DNA of 28,080 nt, taken from positions 1 through 28,080 of the IMG/VR virus record IMGVR_UViG_3300033067_001342; one strand, written 5' to 3'. The position numbers and the translations under genes were made by a program. Of this stretch, positions 23,303 through 28,080 are shown one piece after another; position 1 is the stretch's first letter; each line of letters starts with the position of its first letter. The DNA comes from a virus (Duplodnaviria; Caudoviricetes). The notes below the pieces were generated by a model. The model ran no database searches. It saw only the letters and a list, made by a program, of their open reading frames with translations, and had not been told where the DNA came from.

Positions 23303-25582
23303 TTACGTTTTATCCCCACGTTTCCTATCAGTTTGTACTGCGGAACGTCGAACGCGAACATTACCAACGCGGGGTTCATTCTCCTTCAATTTCAAATTCT
23401 GCGCATGGGATTCTTCCTTTTGCCTGAGCGCCTGTCGATTCATGAGCGCCTTCGTTTGAAGATTCATTCCCATCTCACTTTGCTTCGCTCGGAGCCCCAT
23501 TTGATGCTCTTGGGCTTTCATTTGGATCTCCCCTTGCTTAGCTCTTAGTTTAGCCTGATCCATGAAGATTTTCAACTGCGCAACGGCTTGTTTAGCCCGT
23601 ATATCCTGTTCCTTCATTTGGATATCTTTTTCCTTGAGGGCCATCTCCGCTTGGGTTTCCATTTGTTTCATCTGGATTTCCTCAGGCGTAGGGCCGCTCC
23701 CCTGGGTTTTCATTTGGGCGATCTGGAGAGCGGTTTGGTTCTTTTGCGCTTCACCTTGGGCTTTCATCTGGCCCATTTGGAGGCGCGTTTGGGATTCGAG
23801 TTGGGCTTTAGCCATCTCAGCAGGTTGTTTGGCTTGTTCTTGAGCCTGTTGCTGCTGCTGCATGAATTGCTGTTCTTCGGGGGTTAGTTGACGGACGATG
23901 TTATAACGACGAGGGACACCTGTGGCGTCCATTAACATTTGGATGAGTTCTCCGAAATCAACCGTTTGGCCGCTTTGGTTTAACATCCCGATAACTTGCC
24001 CATTCATCACATTTTGGGCCACGAATTGGTACATCTGCGTGAGACGATCACGGGAGAGCATCTTTGAAGCCGCGCGCGCACGTACACGAGTGGCGCTCTT
24101 GAAGGCTTCCGCGCTAACTTGTAAAAATCTAACATCCTCGGGGTTATTCGGGTTCCTCACCACACCGGGAACAGTATCTTGGGAGGTAAGGTGGATCTCG
24201 CTCATCTTGAGGGCCTTCCACACCGAGGGAATGATGCCGTAGTTCTCGAAGTTATCCACGAGTGGGTAGAGACGAATGGCGCTCCCTTGCAACTGCGTAT
24301 TGACCCCTGAAGCGGTACGATTTGCATTCGAGGGGGACGGCATCCCACTTAGCATCGAGTTAATCCCCGTCTTACGATCCGCACTATTTTGGATAAACCC
24401 AATCTCTTGGAAGATATCCTTCGTCACATCCTGTTGTTGAATTGCATTAAACTTCTCTGGCTCATCCATCTGGTACATCGACCCAGGCCCCCAGGTTTGC
24501 ATCTGAGGAGTGAACATAAACCCACGTGGGACGGCCCTTGGGGGGAATAGGGAAAGGGTAACCTGATCGAGGCGCGCATTCACTAGGGATTCTAGGTAAC
24601 GGTGATTCGCCTCTTGCATATCGGCAATAGATAGAGAATAGGGGGAGGAGGTATAGACGTAACAGGGAATGAGAACATAGGGGATGAACCCATAGATGTT
24701 CTTATCCTTATACATCACGACCCGTCGATTAAGAATCCAAATGATCTCACCTCCCGTATAATATTGGAGGAGTTCGATTCGCTTCTGAGATGGTACCGGA
24801 GAATTGTCTGATGATCCTACGGAGTAATTGACCCCATGAAGGGATTCCTTAAATTCCTTTCCCCTATCCCCATCCGTCTTTGTCAAGCCCTGCGAGAGCG
24901 TCCAAAGGGCGTCCTTATCGGGAATGAACATCCGTTTATCATTCCGAAACATCTCTAATTCGTCTATCGTAAGGAAGGTGCGTTCGATGACGGCCCTAGC
25001 CCGGTCGATGAAAGGCCCCGGACAAGCGGGATCGAAGTAGATATTACGGGGATCTTTACGCGTGATAAAGGGGATCTTTTTATCAGAGTTAAATTCTACC
25101 TTCAGAATTCCCGCGCCGTATAGTAACTGATCTTTGGCGGCATTCTTATACTCAATCTCCGCGCTCATCTGGTTCAACTGGGGGTAGTTGAAGGCATAAT
25201 CCATATAAGCCCCTTGTTGACGTGCCGCCTTGGGGTCCCCACCTACGTCCGCCTCGATTGAGAAATACTCCGGCTGAGAGAATAGGGACTGACAAATCAT
25301 CGCATAGGCAGCTTCCACTTGCTCAGAGACAATCCCGGAGCCAAGGTTTGACCGAAGGAGCTTCGTATTTGGCCAGTAACGTGGCTCCACATAGGCGCAA
25401 TAGAGGGCATCATTGAGCCTCCACCTGCGTTCTGTCGAAGTTCGCTCACGTTCGTAGTAGTAAAAATCCTGGAGAACCTTCGTTAGAGCATATTCGTTAG
25501 AAATCTCCTGGGAAGAGAGCTTGAGCGGGGCCGCATCGAGAGAAATTATCTCCGTCTCGGGGACTACACCGTATTCGGGCAC
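23303..25582 (-). CDS. portal protein with long C-terminal coiled-coil barrel
   Basis: 759 aa, GTG start. KDQLLYGAGILKV, DPRNIYFDP, IPYV, KTGI...SG...RTASGV and a Q/M/K/A-rich tail; downstream of the terminase. Confidence 0.9.
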   Translation of the reverse strand: MPEYGVVPETEIISLDAAPLKLSSQEISNEYALTKVLQDFYYYERERTSTERRWRLNDALYCAYVEPRYWPNTKLLRSNLGSGIVSEQVEAAYAMICQSLFSQPEYFSIEADVGGDPKAARQQGAYMDYAFNYPQLNQMSAEIEYKNAAKDQLLYGAGILKVEFNSDKKIPFITRKDPRNIYFDPACPGPFIDRARAVIERTFLTIDELEMFRNDKRMFIPDKDALWTLSQGLTKTDGDRGKEFKESLHGVNYSVGSSDNSPVPSQKRIELLQYYTGGEIIWILNRRVVMYKDKNIYGFIPYVLIPCYVYTSSPYSLSIADMQEANHRYLESLVNARLDQVTLSLFPPRAVPRGFMFTPQMQTWGPGSMYQMDEPEKFNAIQQQDVTKDIFQEIGFIQNSADRKTGINSMLSGMPSPSNANRTASGVNTQLQGSAIRLYPLVDNFENYGIIPSVWKALKMSEIHLTSQDTVPGVVRNPNNPEDVRFLQVSAEAFKSATRVRARAASKMLSRDRLTQMYQFVAQNVMNGQVIGMLNQSGQTVDFGELIQMLMDATGVPRRYNIVRQLTPEEQQFMQQQQQAQEQAKQPAEMAKAQLESQTRLQMGQMKAQGEAQKNQTALQIAQMKTQGSGPTPEEIQMKQMETQAEMALKEKDIQMKEQDIRAKQAVAQLKIFMDQAKLRAKQGEIQMKAQEHQMGLRAKQSEMGMNLQTKALMNRQALRQKEESHAQNLKLKENEPRVGNVRVRRSAVQTDRKRGDKT

Positions 25583-25585
25583 GTT

Positions 25586-25840
25586 TTACTTTCCCTTCGC
25601 GTTATTTTGGGGTACGTATGGGGTCGTGGAGGGGGTCCCATCGGCGTTATTGAAGGCCATCTTATAGATAATGAGGACATTTAGGGCCAATTTGGCCGCA
25701 CTTGCGATTTCCGGGGGGATATCCGGGTTAGATTTCGCGAGAGTTTCCGCAATTTCAATCGCGACGGTGGAACCAAGGGCCGCTTTGAGGCCAAATCCCA
25801 CCTTTGAGGCACCTTTTCCGAGCTTTTTTAGCCATCCCAT
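25586..25840 (-). CDS. small membrane-active/holin-like protein (84 aa)
   Basis: AGGAG upstream; cationic amphipathic N-terminus, a second hydrophobic helix and an NADGTP tail. Confidence 0.65.
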   Translation of the reverse strand: MGWLKKLGKGASKVGFGLKAALGSTVAIEIAETLAKSNPDIPPEIASAAKLALNVLIIYKMAFNNADGTPSTTPYVPQNNAKGK

Positions 25841-25861
25841 CTTATCAATAATTCTCCTACA

Positions 25862-25872
25862 TCAATTTTACC
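25862..25872 (-). promoter_or_regulatory. late promoter-like motif GGTAAAATTGA
   Basis: TGG-TAAAAT extended -10; intergenic, 21 nt upstream of ATG 25840. Confidence 0.55.
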
Positions 25873-25878
25873 ATCTAT

Positions 25879-27765
25879 TTACCCTCGGAAGTTTCCGTAG
25901 AAGGATTCGATGAGGTTATCGGGGGTTACTATACAGGTGGAATCGGAGTTAAAGGGGCCTGTGTCCATAGGAAGATTGCCGGTGGCTATGATAAATTCGG
26001 TTACGGCGGCGGGATCGTCAAAAATGGGGACGTATTCGTTTGGAACCGTAGATTTTCCATACTCCTTACCGAACCAATCCCGAGTATCGAATATATCTGA
26101 GATGGCATCCAAGATATCGTCCGACGTAGAACGGGGAAATTCGCGAAGTTCTTGGATTAGCCCCGCCCACGCTGTATCTGTGATCTTATCTTTCACAAAC
26201 CGGATATCACCAGTCTTATAAGGCTGTTGAAGGGTGAGTCGAATACGCTCCTCCTTCTCCTTATTCGCGGGCCTTTTCGTCCATCTGATTGAAGGTTTGT
26301 AGTTGGAGGGATTTGTTTGCCATTCCCGCTCCAACGCGACACGTAAGCCACGTGTGAAATTAACCTCTTCCATTACTAGATAGGTGGGACGAAGTTTGTT
26401 ACAAATGCTGAGTAAATATTTAACGCTTTCATGGGGTTGCCACTTTTCTCTCACCAACATATCTATATAAGTGCGCCCTACCCTATCGATAGTGGCGTGG
26501 GCAAAGACGGTCCAATTGGCGCGCTCACTCACCGTCTCGGCGAAATCCACCGAAAGTATGGAATACGACTTCGCTATGGATTCATACTCAAACCGTGGAC
26601 ACACCGAGGGGCGCTCATATTTATCATCTTTCATCACAACAGGAAAATCGGCCACACCACCGCGCCCACCTATCGGGTTATTTCTCATTTGGGCGCTGAA
26701 GTTCACGGGATCTTCCTCCTCATTGAGGAGTAATTTTTTAACCGACCCAAAGCGATTTGCGAGATTTGGGGGATAGACGGGGATTGGTTTCCCACTCTCG
26801 TCTAATTTATCCGGTAGAGATAACTCCTCGGGGGTGTACTTCCGTTTCTCGTAGGGGATATTCGGCATAAAAATCCCACGACAATAAACGGCCCACTCAC
26901 TTTCCCCATCCCGCGCGAGTTGCTTTTTGTGGTTATTAAGAATGTGCCCATAGAGATCCCCGAAGTGATAGCGGGTTCCCTCTACGTCGATCCAATAACC
27001 GAGGCCAATTAATAGATACTCGGCTACCCCAAACTTACTAATGGTTTTAAGGCACTGATCTAAGGTTTCGGTATTCTGCGGCTCCACTACGTCAGAATAC
27101 TTACACACTTCAAAGTGATACCCAGCAAGGCCAGCATCGAGTGAAGCCGCCATTACAGAGGATTCTCTTCGCGTAGATCCCCGCTTACGTTCTATGTCCC
27201 AAATATTGAATTCAGACTTGGTGCCGAATTGATAAATTTTATCCTTTGGGGGGCATAGCTCAGGGAACAGGGCGCGGAATTTCCCGTTGAATTGGAAATG
27301 TTCCTTGATCCCGCCTACGATGGTTTCCGCCTTCTCAAGTTTATACTGGAAGATCGCTACACAGGCGGCGGGGTAATTTAATAACCATTGCATCGTGTGA
27401 CCGCCGCAATTGATCTCAGTCTTAAACGCGCCCCGGTGATCTAAGATGAGACGACGGCGCGGCCCCACTAGATCCTCCATATTAGGAACAAGGGGCTTAT
27501 AGATCCATTTCCCTCCGATAAACTTATCATGCTCCATGGCTTGTTCTTTCGTTTTCGCCTTGGGGAACTTCTGGAGGATATCTATTAGACCCCCATTGAA
27601 CTCCTGGGAGATTAAATTTTTACCCAGGACGTTATTCTCTAAGTAGAGGAGGTCAGTCCTTGCGCGCCAACGGGATACTCCCAATTGTCGAATCTCGCGG
27701 GAGGATAACTTGAGGAGATCTATATCGTCATTCCGAGAGATCTCATCGATTAATTCTTTGGCCAT
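25879..27765 (-). CDS. terL: terminase large subunit
   Basis: Walker A-like LILDHRGAFKT, FRALFPE, GYHF...YSDVV, coupling motif EGTRYH..DLYG, FSAQMRNNP, and RNase H-like acidic residues SVDFA, VMEE, SDDILDA. Confidence 0.92.
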   Translation of the reverse strand: MAKELIDEISRNDDIDLLKLSSREIRQLGVSRWRARTDLLYLENNVLGKNLISQEFNGGLIDILQKFPKAKTKEQAMEHDKFIGGKWIYKPLVPNMEDLVGPRRRLILDHRGAFKTEINCGGHTMQWLLNYPAACVAIFQYKLEKAETIVGGIKEHFQFNGKFRALFPELCPPKDKIYQFGTKSEFNIWDIERKRGSTRRESSVMAASLDAGLAGYHFEVCKYSDVVEPQNTETLDQCLKTISKFGVAEYLLIGLGYWIDVEGTRYHFGDLYGHILNNHKKQLARDGESEWAVYCRGIFMPNIPYEKRKYTPEELSLPDKLDESGKPIPVYPPNLANRFGSVKKLLLNEEEDPVNFSAQMRNNPIGGRGGVADFPVVMKDDKYERPSVCPRFEYESIAKSYSILSVDFAETVSERANWTVFAHATIDRVGRTYIDMLVREKWQPHESVKYLLSICNKLRPTYLVMEEVNFTRGLRVALEREWQTNPSNYKPSIRWTKRPANKEKEERIRLTLQQPYKTGDIRFVKDKITDTAWAGLIQELREFPRSTSDDILDAISDIFDTRDWFGKEYGKSTVPNEYVPIFDDPAAVTEFIIATGNLPMDTGPFNSDSTCIVTPDNLIESFYGNFRG

Positions 27766-27774
27766 CGTTTTTAT

Positions 27775-28080
27775 CTAATTGTAATCCACGTATTGACGCG
27801 ATTTAATCCGCCCATCACAGGTCACAGTAACCGTATAGGGCGCGGCAGATAGGCTAATGGGGGTGTGAGTACGGTAGCGATTAGTCCCGCCAGCGTCAGT
27901 CCAATTATCAACGACGGAGTTAGTGTTGGTATTCACTATCTCTCCGGTACAAGCGCTTGAGCCGTAGGAAGTATAAGCAATGCCGCCCGGATTAGCGCGG
28001 GTTATCTTCATTTCCATGTAATGATAATCTGGAGTTCCGGCTTCTGCTCCACCCGAGGCATAATCAACTTGAGTCCAATT
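27775..28080 (-). CDS. C-terminal end of a beta-rich protein that starts beyond the window
   Basis: Frame stays open upstream of ATG 28017 to the window edge (NWTQVDYASGGAEAGTPDYHY-MEMK...). Thr/Gly/Tyr-rich. Confidence 0.7.
   Translation of the reverse strand, partial: NWTQVDYASGGAEAGTPDYHYMEMKITRANPGGIAYTSYGSSACTGEIVNTNTNSVVDNWTDAGGTNRYRTHTPISLSAAPYTVTVTCDGRIKSRQYVDYN

Noticed and set aside
21407-25840. Host assignment to Acidobacteriota from recalled similarity of the 217-aa and 84-aa proteins
   Set aside because: Memory-based impression only; cannot be supported without a search.
6049-26776. Many 60-165 aa + strand ORFs opposite the virion genes (e.g. 12809-13303, 9292-9582, 23922-24242)
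   Set aside because: Expected antisense open frames; no recognisable domains or supporting signals.
8226-27777. Several consecutive genes in frame across one stop (14302/14309, 22060/22064, 25582/25586, 27765/27775), hinting at stop-codon reassignment
   Set aside because: About a third of junctions are expected to be in frame by chance. TAA and TAG both end full-length genes, and proteins have normal lengths under the standard code.
1-28080. tRNA genes, CRISPR arrays, integrase/att sites, DGR repeats, transposases
   Set aside because: None seen. Intergenic gaps are short (under about 190 nt) and show no cloverleaf or repeat-spacer pattern by eye.

Overview
A 28 kb segment of a tailed dsDNA phage with podovirus-like gene content, arranged as two convergent arms that meet at a bidirectional terminator (~5962-6010). 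The + arm (1-5963) holds replication and accessory genes: a family A DNA polymerase broken into two frames at a TCC-TAA junction (777-782), small hypotheticals, a calcineurin-like metallophosphoesterase, a MazG-like/DUF1599-type protein, a clear Tad1 anti-defence sponge homologue and an SF4/RepA-like helicase. The - arm (28080-6009) holds virion genes: terminase large subunit, a small cecropin-like membrane protein, portal, scaffold, major capsid, a decoration protein, two paralogous head-tail adaptors, a Pro-rich orphan, tail nozzle, a short fibre and two ejection-type proteins. The most notable signals are (1) a candidate +1 frameshift that would rebuild a polymerase carrying His at the F762 position and other non-canonical active-site residues, and (2) a regulatory layer in the late arm: a repeated GGTAWAATTGA promoter-like motif, long intergenic hairpins, a terminator nested inside an outer helix, and an 18-aa micro-ORF. 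All product calls come from motif recognition by eye; no searches or folding programs were run. No tRNA, CRISPR array or integrase was seen.
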